64,000 bases of DNA. Origin: Candidatus Cloacimonadales bacterium (lineage in GTDB: Bacteria > Cloacimonadota > Cloacimonadia > Cloacimonadales > DAONDQ01). A program made the position numbers and the translations under genes. The notes beneath the pieces were generated by a model. It was not told the origin of the DNA. It ran no database searches and worked only from the letters and a program-made list of their open reading frames with translations. The stretch lies in assembly GCA_963662275.1 (NCBI GenBank), contig OY759316.1, forward strand, positions 2,432,001 to 2,496,000, written 5' to 3'. The first letter of the stretch is position 1. Every line of letters starts with the position of its first letter. Below, piece by piece: positions 51,489-61,402 of the stretch.

Positions 51489-52228
51489 GTAAGCTCCGCG
51501 ATCCTTTTTACTTTACCAGGATCTGTTTTCTTAATCTGAAATTCAGAGAGATTGTGATCACTTCCCATGTGAATATGATTTGGCTTAAACTGCATTTTAC
51601 CATGTATTATGGTGTTGGCAGACATGTGGATTTCCTTGGCGTGTGTTACTTTGAGAATTTCAACGATATTCCTTTCATTGATACCGGAGCCGGGCATAAT
51701 AATAATACGATCTCCTGCCTGTTCGACCAGCAATGCAATCAGCAGTATACCCTCTTCGGCAGTCTGCTGCCAACCGGAAGTCAGAATCCTGTCAGCTCCC
51801 ATTTTGATGATATTTTCCATAGCGCTGAATGGTGCTGATGTCATGTCAAAAGCCCGATGAAAGGTTACACTTTGTGGTTTTGCCAATTCTACCAATTCAC
51901 TGGTTCTATCGAAATCAACATTCGCATCAGGATCCAGGATTCCAAAGACAAAACCATCTACGCCTAATTGTTTAGCTGCCAGGATGTCTTTTTTCATCAC
52001 GTCGAACTCCAGATCAGAATAACAGAAATCACCTCCCCTGGGACGGATGATCACATGCCCTGGAATATGTAAGTATTTTCTGGTTAATTGAATTGTACCA
52101 ATGGAAGGTGTGGTTCCACCTTCAGATAGATTTGCACAGAGTTCTACCCTATCAGCTCCAGCCTCCTGGGCAATCATAGCTGATTCAACTGAATCCAGGC
52201 AAATTTCTAATATAAATTTCTTGGGCAT
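51485..52228 (-). CDS. cutC: Copper homeostasis protein CutC family
   Basis: LEIC, GADRVELC, GGTTPS, IRPRGGDFCYS, TFHRAFD and RILTSG motifs; overlaps the MlrC-like start. Confidence 0.93.
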   Translation of the reverse strand: MPKKFILEICLDSVESAMIAQEAGADRVELCANLSEGGTTPSIGTIQLTRKYLHIPGHVIIRPRGGDFCYSDLEFDVMKKDILAAKQLGVDGFVFGILDPDANVDFDRTSELVELAKPQSVTFHRAFDMTSAPFSAMENIIKMGADRILTSGWQQTAEEGILLIALLVEQAGDRIIIMPGSGINERNIVEILKVTHAKEIHMSANTIIHGKMQFKPNHIHMGSDHNLSEFQIKKTDPGKVKRIAELT

Positions 52229-52444
52229 TGAACTCCTATCTTTTCAGGTGTCAGGTTCCAGGTGCTATGTGTCAGATTCCAGAAAAAAGAAGAGAAGAAC
52301 TAGCTCTACACTTCGACAACGCTCAGTTCAAGCCTAACCCCTCCCTTTATAAATGGGAGTGTAATTAGACTGCTCATCCCCCCTTGGGAAGGGGGGTAGG
52401 GGGGTCTCTTTCTTCTCAGCCATCTTCAATTTCGCTAACTTTCT

Positions 52445-52515
52445 CCGGTACATCTCGATACAATTACTCGCATTTCGACTCCGCTCAATGACCGAGAAAT
52501 CACTCAATGAACCGG
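52445..52515 (+). repeat. Structured repeat copy with a nested TTCGACTCCGCTCAATG element
   Basis: CCGGTACATCTCGATACA...CACTCAATGAACCGG with a longer insert than the other copies. Confidence 0.7.
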
Positions 52516-52549
52516 TCTGTTCTGCCGATCTTCAATCTTCAATCTTAAA

Positions 52550-53059
52550 TCACTGTTTGGTTGCACTAAACTTGGGTGAAGTGATGTACAATGTTTCATA
52601 TTGGTCAATAACCATATTTCGGTATTGCTTTTTAATCTCAGATTTATCGTTAGCTACTCTGATAATCTCAACTTTTATATTGGGAGGAGTATCATCCTGG
52701 AGCATCTGTACCGTGAAATTCATCTTTATCGTATTCTTCTCAAGATTCATCTCATATGAACTCTGGGCATCAGATTTCATTAACTGACTCGCTACAAGCA
52801 AATCACCAATATTTCCAATAATAACCTTATACTGTCTGTCCTTCTCAGCCGTGAGAGTATCCAGTTGAATAATCACCTTGAAAGTGATAATCTCATTTCG
52901 TGTATATGTCGCTTTATCTGGTGCGATAGCCACTCCAAGAACAATCGGAGGCTTTGCTAAATAATTATAGGGATGTGTGACCGTTTTCGCAATTAATGGT
53001 ACAGATATCAATGCCATAAATAAAAACAGAATAATTGATTTATATACATGAACTTTCAT
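52550..53059 (-). CDS. Hypothetical exported protein
   Basis: GAGGT RBS; signal-like N-terminus; 169 aa, beta-rich. Confidence 0.65.
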   Translation of the reverse strand: MKVHVYKSIILFLFMALISVPLIAKTVTHPYNYLAKPPIVLGVAIAPDKATYTRNEIITFKVIIQLDTLTAEKDRQYKVIIGNIGDLLVASQLMKSDAQSSYEMNLEKNTIKMNFTVQMLQDDTPPNIKVEIIRVANDKSEIKKQYRNMVIDQYETLYITSPKFSATKQ

Positions 53060-53317
53060 TTTGCACCTCGCTTCATGTTGTTTTACCTAGTCTATCCTGA
53101 TAAGATAACATAATCAGGTAGATTGACAATGGCTGAATTACGGCAAAGTAAGAAGATTGTCAATAGATTTGCATTTTAAAAAATAACTTTTGGCAGGTTC
53201 TTCTTTTATATGATGTGAATAGATGCAGATTGACATGTTTTAATACAATTCGTGCATATTAAACATTGAATTTGCTGATGAAATCCATGTAATCGGTTCT
53301 TGAGTGACTCTTATATG

Positions 53318-53402
53318 ATCATCTAGGCATCATCTAGGCATCATCTAGGCATCATCTAGCCATCATCTAAAGTATTTTAGTTTTTTATTAGTTCATGATT
53401 AG
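53318..53402. repeat. 11-bp phased array (ATCATCTAGGC x~5, then TTAG-N7 x3)
   Basis: CTAG at 53323, 53334, 53345, 53356; CTAA at 53367; TTAG at 53377, 53388, 53399. Confidence 0.88.
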
Positions 53403-53746
53403 TTGATTTTCATTTCGTATTGACCTGGTGGTTTAGGAGCCATTTAGGAGCAACAGGGGTGGATCATCCTTCAGGCTTGGTGGAAACATCTTCAGGCGTT
53501 GATTGCTATGCTAACCACGAAAAGCAAGGTAAACCATGCTGCCGCGATTCCTGAAGTAATCACCACAAGTCAGTGCTATTCCTTCAGCTGTTTGGAAATT
53601 AATTCAGGCGTTGAAACGCCAGGGTTCGATAAATCAAACCAACCAACGAATGAATTCGTTGCTATATCCAAAAATATTGACACTTTCCCCCACCGGATTT
53701 GTGTGACTACAAAGACAATATTATTACCTAAAATAAGGAGTTATAT

Positions 53747-56700
53747 ATGGCGAAAATAACCAAACAAACGATGGACGGCAATACTGCTGCTGCCCATGTC
53801 GCCTATGCATTCAGTGAAGTAGCTGCCATCTATCCCATCACCCCATCCTCGGTTATGGGTGAATTAGCGGATGCCTGGTCTGCGTATGGCAAAAAGAATC
53901 TTTTTGGAACGACAGTAGATGTCGCTGAACTGCAATCCGAAGCCGGAGCAGCCGGTGCCGTACACGGTGCCCTTTCTGCCGGTGCTTTAACCACAACATT
54001 CACAGCATCACAAGGTTTGATGCTCATGCTTCCCAATATGCATAAGATCGCCGGTGAATTACTTCCAACCGTTTTTTATGTCACAGCCCGTTCTTTAGCA
54101 GCTCAATCTTTATCGATATTCGGTGACCATTCTGACGTGATGTCAGCCCGTAATACCGGATTTGCCATGATTGCCTGTGCCTCGGTACAGGAAGTGATGG
54201 ACCTGGCTGCTGTTTCCCACCTTGCAACATTAAAATCGAAAATACCTTTCCTGACTTTCTTTGATGGTTTCCGTACATCACATGAAGTGCAGAAGATAGA
54301 AGTCATTGACTATGATGTTTTAGGCGAACTGCTTGAACCTCAGTACGTAGAGGATTTCCGCAGCCGTGCCTTGAATCCTGAAAACCCGCGCATGAAAGTT
54401 GGACAGCAGAATCCTGATGTCTATTTCCAGGGTCGTGAGACTGTGAATTCATTCTATGATGCTATTCCCGGTATTGTGCAGGATTACATGGATAAAGTCG
54501 CTGCCAAGACAGGCAGATCTTACAAGTTATTTGATTATGTCGGACATCCTGAAGCCACTTCCATCATCATTGCCATGGGCTCAGGCTGCGATACTATCCA
54601 GGAAACCATTGAATACCTGAATGCCAAGGGTGGAAAATATGGAATGATCAATGTTCATCTCTATCGTCCATTCTCAGTAGAACATTTCATCGATGCCATT
54701 CCTGCTTCAGTCAATAAGATCGCCGTTCTCGACAGAACAAAAGAACCCGGTTCCATTGGCGAACCTCTATACTTAGATATCGTAGCAGCCTTGAAGGATA
54801 AGAGAGACATCCGTATCATCGGTGGACGCTATGGTCTTTCTTCCAAAGAATTCACACCTTCCATGATCAAGGCTGTCTATGACCATCTTGATTGCAATGG
54901 ATTCCATAACTTTACAGTCGGTATCGAAGATGATGTCACTCATCTTTCGATTCCTGTCAAAGAACAGATCAATTCCATCGCAACCGATACGATTAGCTGT
55001 AAATTCTGGGGATTAGGTGCTGACGGTACTGTAGGTGCAAACAAGAACAGCATCAAGATCATCGGTGACCATACAGATATGTATGCACAGGGTTATTTCC
55101 AATACGATTCAAAGAAATCAGGCGGTATCACCCGCAGCCATCTTCGTTTTGGCAAGTCACCTATCCATGCTCAATATCTTGTACAAAATGCTGATTTCAT
55201 TGCCTGTCATAACCCTGCTTTCATCGGACGTTACGATATTCTCGAAGGCATTAAGGAAAATGGTGTTTTCCTGTTGAATTCCAACTATTCAAGAGAAGAA
55301 GCCTTCTGCAAACTGACTGCTGATATGCAGAAAGTGATTATCGAAAAGAAGATCAAGTTCTATAACATCGATGGATTGGAAATTGCCAATTCCGTTGGTC
55401 TCGGTGGAAGAGTCAATACTGTCATGCAGACTGCTTTCTTCCTGATCTCTGGCATCCTGGATCGTACAGAAGCTATCGAACTCATTAAAGCTTCCATTAA
55501 AAAGACTTACGGCAAGAAAGGCGATGAAATCGTAAAGATGAATATCGATGCCGTGGATAAAGTGAATGATTTGCTGGAACAGATTGAAGTACCTGAAGCA
55601 TCAACAGGTACTTGCACACCCATGAAGAAGCTCATCCCTGATAATTCAGATGAATTTACACGTAATATCATTGGACCCATCATGAGTGAACACGGTGATT
55701 CCATTCCTGTTTCTCATATGCCTTTGGACGGTTACGTTCCAACAGGTACAGCGAAACTGGAAAAACGTGCTGTCGCTCCAGCAGTACCACACTGGATTCC
55801 TGAAAACTGTATCCAGTGTAACCAATGCTCTGTTGTGTGCCCTCACGCTGCCATTCGTCCAAAACTGATCAATCCAATTGATTTGGAAAAAGCACCGGAT
55901 AGTTTCAAAACATTGACTGCGACTCTTGCTACTGATTTCCAGTATAAGATCCAAGTCTATATCGATGACTGCCAGGGTTGCCGTGTTTGTGTGAACGAAT
56001 GCCCTAAAGCAGCTTTAGTAATGTCACCTATCCAGGCAGAACGTGAACTGGGAGAGCAAAAGAACTATGAATTCTTTGAAACTCTTCCCACCGATGTCAT
56101 GGGTCCTTTCAAACAAACCACAGTCAAAGGCAGTCAGTTCAAACAGCCTTTACTGGAGTTCTCTGGTGCCTGTGCCGGTTGCGGCGAAACACCTTATGTG
56201 AAACTCATTACCCAGCTCTTTGGCGATAGAATGCTCATTGCCAATGCAACAGGCTGCTCCTCTATTTGGGGTGGAACCTTCCCAACCATGCCTTATTGCA
56301 AGAATAAGGACGGACATGGTCCAGCCTGGGCAAATTCATTATTTGAAGATAATGCGGAATACGGTTATGGCATGCGTCTTGCCGTGAATGCAAACCGCAA
56401 ACAGTTAAAATACAATCTCGATTTAGCAGTTGCTTTACCGATAGACAATGAACTCAAAACAATGGTTCAATATGGTTTGGATCATTGGACTGAAACTGAT
56501 GATGCAGCAAAACAGAACGCTGAAAAGATACGCCAGCTTCTTCCCAACCTGGTCAAGAATGCAGCAGCAGAAGTTAAACCGGTACTCACCAAGATCATGG
56601 AATTAGGTGATAGTTTCATCGAAAGAAGCGTCTGGGCATTTGGTGGAGACGGCTGGGCTTACGATATTGGCTACGGCGGATTGGATCATGTATTGGCACA

Positions 56701-57262
56701 GAATAAGAACATCAACGTGCTTGTAATGGATACAGAGCTCTATTCCAACACGGGCGGACAAGCTTCCAAGTCCACACCGCTCGGTTCTATTGCCAAATTT
56801 GCTGAATCAGGCAAGAACACAGTGAAGAAAGACCTCGGTATGATGATGATGAGCTATGGCTATGTCTATGTTGCCAGCATTTCCCTCGGTGCCAATAAGA
56901 ACCAGGCATTACAGGCGATCGCAGAAGCAGAAGCATATCCGGGACCATCAATTATTATCGCCTATGCCCCATGCATCAACCATGGCATTGATATGTCCAT
57001 GTCAGGCAAGGAAGAAAAACGTGCGGTGGAATCAGGTTACTGGTTACTCTATCGTTACAATCCATTATTACACGATGAAGGCAAGAATCCGTTCATCCTT
57101 GATTCAAAAGCACCTACATCTTCCGCTATGGAATTCATCGAAAGCGAAGGACGTTATTCTTCATTGAATCGCTCCTTCCCTGACAAAGTAGTTGATTTCA
57201 GAACCAGGATGGATCAATATCTCAAGGAACGTTATGCTTCCTATAAGAAGATGTCGGAGTAA
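53747..57262 (+). CDS. nifJ: Pyruvate:ferredoxin (flavodoxin) oxidoreductase
   Basis: YPITPS, QSEAGAAG, two CxxCxxCxxxCP motifs, EFSGACAGCGE, GGDGWAYDIG and YSNTGGQ; AGGAG RBS; TTGACA at 53677. Confidence 0.97.
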   Translation: MAKITKQTMDGNTAAAHVAYAFSEVAAIYPITPSSVMGELADAWSAYGKKNLFGTTVDVAELQSEAGAAGAVHGALSAGALTTTFTASQGLMLMLPNMHKIAGELLPTVFYVTARSLAAQSLSIFGDHSDVMSARNTGFAMIACASVQEVMDLAAVSHLATLKSKIPFLTFFDGFRTSHEVQKIEVIDYDVLGELLEPQYVEDFRSRALNPENPRMKVGQQNPDVYFQGRETVNSFYDAIPGIVQDYMDKVAAKTGRSYKLFDYVGHPEATSIIIAMGSGCDTIQETIEYLNAKGGKYGMINVHLYRPFSVEHFIDAIPASVNKIAVLDRTKEPGSIGEPLYLDIVAALKDKRDIRIIGGRYGLSSKEFTPSMIKAVYDHLDCNGFHNFTVGIEDDVTHLSIPVKEQINSIATDTISCKFWGLGADGTVGANKNSIKIIGDHTDMYAQGYFQYDSKKSGGITRSHLRFGKSPIHAQYLVQNADFIACHNPAFIGRYDILEGIKENGVFLLNSNYSREEAFCKLTADMQKVIIEKKIKFYNIDGLEIANSVGLGGRVNTVMQTAFFLISGILDRTEAIELIKASIKKTYGKKGDEIVKMNIDAVDKVNDLLEQIEVPEASTGTCTPMKKLIPDNSDEFTRNIIGPIMSEHGDSIPVSHMPLDGYVPTGTAKLEKRAVAPAVPHWIPENCIQCNQCSVVCPHAAIRPKLINPIDLEKAPDSFKTLTATLATDFQYKIQVYIDDCQGCRVCVNECPKAALVMSPIQAERELGEQKNYEFFETLPTDVMGPFKQTTVKGSQFKQPLLEFSGACAGCGETPYVKLITQLFGDRMLIANATGCSSIWGGTFPTMPYCKNKDGHGPAWANSLFEDNAEYGYGMRLAVNANRKQLKYNLDLAVALPIDNELKTMVQYGLDHWTETDDAAKQNAEKIRQLLPNLVKNAAAEVKPVLTKIMELGDSFIERSVWAFGGDGWAYDIGYGGLDHVLAQNKNINVLVMDTELYSNTGGQASKSTPLGSIAKFAESGKNTVKKDLGMMMMSYGYVYVASISLGANKNQALQAIAEAEAYPGPSIIIAYAPCINHGIDMSMSGKEEKRAVESGYWLLYRYNPLLHDEGKNPFILDSKAPTSSAMEFIESEGRYSSLNRSFPDKVVDFRTRMDQYLKERYASYKKMSE

Positions 57263-57319
57263 GGTTCTAGAGTGATTCGTAGCTCCGGGTTCAACCGGTT
57301 GCAGAATTGAAAGAAAAGA

Positions 57320-57366
57320 CTGTTCATCGAGTGATTTTGCTACTGCAAAATTGTATCGAGATGCAC
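57320..57366 (-). repeat. Structured repeat copy (CTCGATACA family)
   Basis: Reverse complement GTGCATCTCGATACAATTTTGCAGTAGCAAAATCACTCGATGAACAG. Confidence 0.7.
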
Positions 57367-57430
57367 TGCGTGTTTATAGAATCATAAATAACGAAGTGCT
57401 TATGAATAAGCATTTAATAGATAAGAAATA

Positions 57431-57467
57431 AAATCATGCCATTCAGATTACCTGAATGGCATGATTT
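57431..57467. terminator. Bidirectional terminator hairpin
   Basis: 16-bp stem AAATCATGCCATTCAG / CTGAATGGCATGATTT between convergent genes. Confidence 0.85.
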
Positions 57468-57484
57468 GTATATGGGAAGATGAT

Positions 57485-60400
57485 TCAATTCTTCATGATT
57501 ATCAGTTTTTTACTTTGCTTTTGAGAACCACAGTTAATCTGATATAGATACACTCCTGATGCAAGCTTTTGTCCATTTTTATCAGTACCATCCCAAGAGA
57601 TACTATTCATTCCGGATTTCCCCGATATTTTCATTTCCTTTACCACTTGTCCACGAATATTGAATACCCTTATGAAGATTTCATTGTTCAATGGGGTCTC
57701 GAACTTGATCGTAGTTTCATTCGAAAAGGGGTTGGGATAGTTATTGAAGATTCTGAATACAGGCTTAGGAAGGATTTCATCTTCATTTCCGTCCGGACCT
57801 AAATAGAATTGATTTCTTATTGGACCTTGTATCGTAAGTTGTTGCCCTTGGTTGTAAGATTGTATCACTAAATACTTATAATTGTTTGGTACAACATTAT
57901 AATGACTTGTTTCCAAAACTGGGAAATTCGCTATAAGATTATTGACGGTAGATAGGCTCGATCCACCATAAATCACAGAAGAACTTGGCTGAGAAGTCTG
58001 ATATTCGATCAATATGTGTGTTGGATTATTTAAAGAGATGTGCGTGGGTTTTGATACAAACAGATAATCACCAGTATTATCTGGAGCTACTTCATAATAG
58101 CATGTAATTGTACCATGTTCATATGCACTAGGATTATGAGAACCACCCCAATCTCTATCGACATTTATAACCGTTGAATTTGTCAAATAGTAAATAAATA
58201 CTGTGTTAGGCAGCACAGCTTGAGTATCTCTAAATAAACGATGAATTGAATTTCCCTGACTCGTAGGAATCATAATAAATACGTCTAAAGTATCCTGTAA
58301 TCCATCATTTGTGATGGTTAGTTTTATTGGTTCTCGACTATCATAGATTCTATTCAGTAATTCGCTGCTTGTACAAAACATCGGTTTACAAATCAGATTT
58401 GCATTCATGGGTCTAATCCATCCATACAAATCATCGTTTAAATCGTTATCCGTGATTTCGTTGTCAGAGATAGTCAAATCAGGAGTACCCGTTAGATTGG
58501 AAAAAGCAGAAAATTCACCATTCCCAGATGATGCTCTTAAAGCTTGTGAAAAAAGAGAATGTAATTCCGCTTCAGGTCGCCCTGGATCAATTTCAAGTAC
58601 CAACGATATATCATGCCCTAGAAGATCAACTGTAACTTGCATCTCACCTGGTCTAACACTACAGAAAAGTCCTTGTTGTACGAAGTATGGTCCTATCCAA
58701 ACACCAGAAGCGATTGAACCATAAGCATACTGTGTTTGAAGATTAACACGAAGATTCAAAGCAAAACATATACTTCCAATATCAACAACATTGATTGGTT
58801 GAAGTGTTAAAGAACCATCAATTCCATCTTGCCAGATTTCAATACTAGCATTCAGAGAAGATACTGTGAAAGGAAATCCAAACAGATTGATAGCGCTATT
58901 ACAGACTAAAAAGATTTTATGCTGTCCATAATCTATTCTTAATAAGGCACTTGCAATCGGTTGCAGACCATTTCCTCCAGAAATGTTTGCAATAGAACCC
59001 CAACCTTCAATAACTAAAGGATCAAATGAAATATTAAATACAGAAGATGCAGATGATAAAGTTAGTACATTTCCCAGTCCAATAGAACTGTCCAGGGTGA
59101 AATTGAAACCCGCTGCTGTTAAGCTTGATTGAATGCTAACATTAGCAATATTCGCTGATACTGTGAAACCTACACCAGCTCCAATAGAAAAAGCTGCCGA
59201 GGCATGTAAAAAGAATGAATTAGAAGTAAATTGTAAGACCGAACCTTCCTGCACAGACATTCCAATACTAAAACTCCTCATATAATGCTCATTATCAATT
59301 TGACGGTAAGATACACCTGGCTGGTCTTCTACAATTTCTCTCCGAAGTACAACTGTCCCCAGTTCCATATCAAAGCTGTTGCTCATGGTTAACGTAAAAC
59401 TATATTGACTGCCAGTAACAATCGCATCAATAATAAAGCCAAAACTTGTGGATACTGGTGACCAGTCAACACCCACATTTCCTCCACCGGGAAGTTCAAT
59501 AGAGAATAGATTCCCTATTCCTCCATCAATAGATAAGCGCAGATGATTCTGATTTTCATAGCTTGCTTCAATATTGAAGCCAGTTTGTCCACTTGCAATA
59601 GAAAGGTAGTCACCAAGCTGATATGAGAAGGAATCAACCCCTAAATGCAAACTGAAACCTAATCCTTCCAGTGAGGTTTCAACACTGATAGAACCTAAAT
59701 TGGTCAAGAGAGGATTCCCGAAAGATAAAGATCCTGTTCCAGTACCATTGACCAAGTCTATTGTCAACTGCCCTTGAATGTTATCAACAAGAGAACCAGT
59801 TTGCATCACATGCATTTGTCCATTTACAATCATGTTATCACCTGTAAACTGCAATGAACATTGAGCATGTAAAACTTCAACATTGATATTGTCAATACCA
59901 GCTAACACATTTAACGATGTCCATGCAGTTGAAGGTGAAATCAAGTTTATCTGACCTGAAGTTGTATTAAATGCTAATGACGCTGATTCATCAAATCCCA
60001 CTCTCCATATTATTCCAGAACCGGACTGTACACCTATTTTAATTTGACCATGGGCTACATAGTTTCCATTCCCATTACTTTCAAATGAGTTGCCTCTAAT
60101 TCTTAGGTTACCAACTGGATACATGGATGCTGAATCAAGAGTATAAGTTCTTGACGCCATTGCACTTGGATTCCATTCCGTTTTGAAGGCTCTTGCGTTC
60201 ACAGTAGCTGGTAACTGGTTAATTTGAAAAGGTGATGAATATGAAGTCGATTGTTCATTGGGATTACTACCGTCAATAGTATATCGTATTACTGAATTTG
60301 GAGTTGAAGTTTGCATACTAACAGTTAGAGGTGTTTGGTAACTTCCACTTGCTGGTGAGATGGATGGTTCATTACATGTTTGCCCTGTTCCAGAAATCGT

Positions 60401-61387
60401 GTAAACTGCTGTTACAATTGGACTAGGGTTCCAACCAGTAAGAAATGCTCTAGCTTTGAAGGTTTTATCTGCTTGTAGAGATATTGGTGATCCATATGCT
60501 GGAGAATACTGTGTGGGTTCAGAACCATCATCTGTTACATAAATTGTCGCTCCAATAGTTGTAGTTGCTATAAATATACTTTGATTAACTGGATAACTGC
60601 CTCCAGATGGGTTAAACACAGGACTTGCAACTGTATTTTGAGTTCCACTAACAGTTCCATGTAAGTTGATTGTTTGGTTTCCACCATTTGAAGATACTTG
60701 CACGGTCCCCTGGAATGGTCCAGATGTGCTAGGAAAATAAACATGAATTGTAGACGTTTGATACTGATTCTGCGGAAGATTGAAACTACTTGGTTGTATT
60801 TGACTAACCCAAGATGGATATTCAGGGAAATTGCCTGTTAAGTTTCCACCACCATTATTTGTCACAGTCACATTAACCATTTCATGAAAATTCGGCTCAT
60901 GTGTACCAAGTCCTTGATCCGTTATGTTGAGATGCAGTATTGGTTGGGAAGATGTCCAGCTTAAATCCAATCTATATGAATCTGATGAATTGTATGCTCC
61001 TCCACTTCCGAAAACCTTGATATAAAAAATACCACACATATTTGGTGTATATGAAATATTATCAGATGTAGTTCCACCATTATATGATCCTGTAAGTAAA
61101 GAACCATTAGGGGAATATAATTGGACATCATAATCAGCAGGTAAACTACTAAGCGTGATTGTTAATGAACCAATGTCCGTAATTCCAATTGAGAACCAAT
61201 CAACATCTGTAGAAGAATCAATATATGCAAATATAGTTGTGGTTAATTGTAGAGGATAAGATTGTCCCATACTATTATTCGGTTCATATGGATCTGTTTG
61301 AGCATTTAGTAAACTAGGGATATAAAGAATACAAAATGTAATGATTATAAAATACAAATTTCTTGGAGAATGCCTGATCGTTTTCAT
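57485..61387 (-). CDS. Secreted multidomain protein: PPC-like domain, Ig/BACON-like domain, two chitobiase/Fn3-associated domains, large unassigned beta region, FlgD-Ig/Por-type tail
   Basis: DPYEPNN...DVDWF; P.F.P.GG.Y...IY.T.DGSEP; NYPNPF tail; signal peptide; AGGAGG RBS. Confidence 0.8.
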   Translation of the reverse strand: MKTIRHSPRNLYFIIITFCILYIPSLLNAQTDPYEPNNSMGQSYPLQLTTTIFAYIDSSTDVDWFSIGITDIGSLTITLSSLPADYDVQLYSPNGSLLTGSYNGGTTSDNISYTPNMCGIFYIKVFGSGGAYNSSDSYRLDLSWTSSQPILHLNITDQGLGTHEPNFHEMVNVTVTNNGGGNLTGNFPEYPSWVSQIQPSSFNLPQNQYQTSTIHVYFPSTSGPFQGTVQVSSNGGNQTINLHGTVSGTQNTVASPVFNPSGGSYPVNQSIFIATTTIGATIYVTDDGSEPTQYSPAYGSPISLQADKTFKARAFLTGWNPSPIVTAVYTISGTGQTCNEPSISPASGSYQTPLTVSMQTSTPNSVIRYTIDGSNPNEQSTSYSSPFQINQLPATVNARAFKTEWNPSAMASRTYTLDSASMYPVGNLRIRGNSFESNGNGNYVAHGQIKIGVQSGSGIIWRVGFDESASLAFNTTSGQINLISPSTAWTSLNVLAGIDNINVEVLHAQCSLQFTGDNMIVNGQMHVMQTGSLVDNIQGQLTIDLVNGTGTGSLSFGNPLLTNLGSISVETSLEGLGFSLHLGVDSFSYQLGDYLSIASGQTGFNIEASYENQNHLRLSIDGGIGNLFSIELPGGGNVGVDWSPVSTSFGFIIDAIVTGSQYSFTLTMSNSFDMELGTVVLRREIVEDQPGVSYRQIDNEHYMRSFSIGMSVQEGSVLQFTSNSFFLHASAAFSIGAGVGFTVSANIANVSIQSSLTAAGFNFTLDSSIGLGNVLTLSSASSVFNISFDPLVIEGWGSIANISGGNGLQPIASALLRIDYGQHKIFLVCNSAINLFGFPFTVSSLNASIEIWQDGIDGSLTLQPINVVDIGSICFALNLRVNLQTQYAYGSIASGVWIGPYFVQQGLFCSVRPGEMQVTVDLLGHDISLVLEIDPGRPEAELHSLFSQALRASSGNGEFSAFSNLTGTPDLTISDNEITDNDLNDDLYGWIRPMNANLICKPMFCTSSELLNRIYDSREPIKLTITNDGLQDTLDVFIMIPTSQGNSIHRLFRDTQAVLPNTVFIYYLTNSTVINVDRDWGGSHNPSAYEHGTITCYYEVAPDNTGDYLFVSKPTHISLNNPTHILIEYQTSQPSSSVIYGGSSLSTVNNLIANFPVLETSHYNVVPNNYKYLVIQSYNQGQQLTIQGPIRNQFYLGPDGNEDEILPKPVFRIFNNYPNPFSNETTIKFETPLNNEIFIRVFNIRGQVVKEMKISGKSGMNSISWDGTDKNGQKLASGVYLYQINCGSQKQSKKLIIMKN

Positions 61388-61402
61388 TATAACCTCCTTA
61401 GG

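Noticed and set aside
53499..53759. 86-aa ORF and hairpins upstream of nifJ
   Set aside because: TTG start without an RBS, spans the likely nifJ promoter (TTGACA 53677) and repeat-like hairpins; no known riboswitch consensus recognised.
57317..57327. AGACTGTTCAT resembling the IS terminal repeat
   Set aside because: It overlaps a copy of the CTCGATACA repeat family and has no partner IR or IS sequence; probably coincidental.
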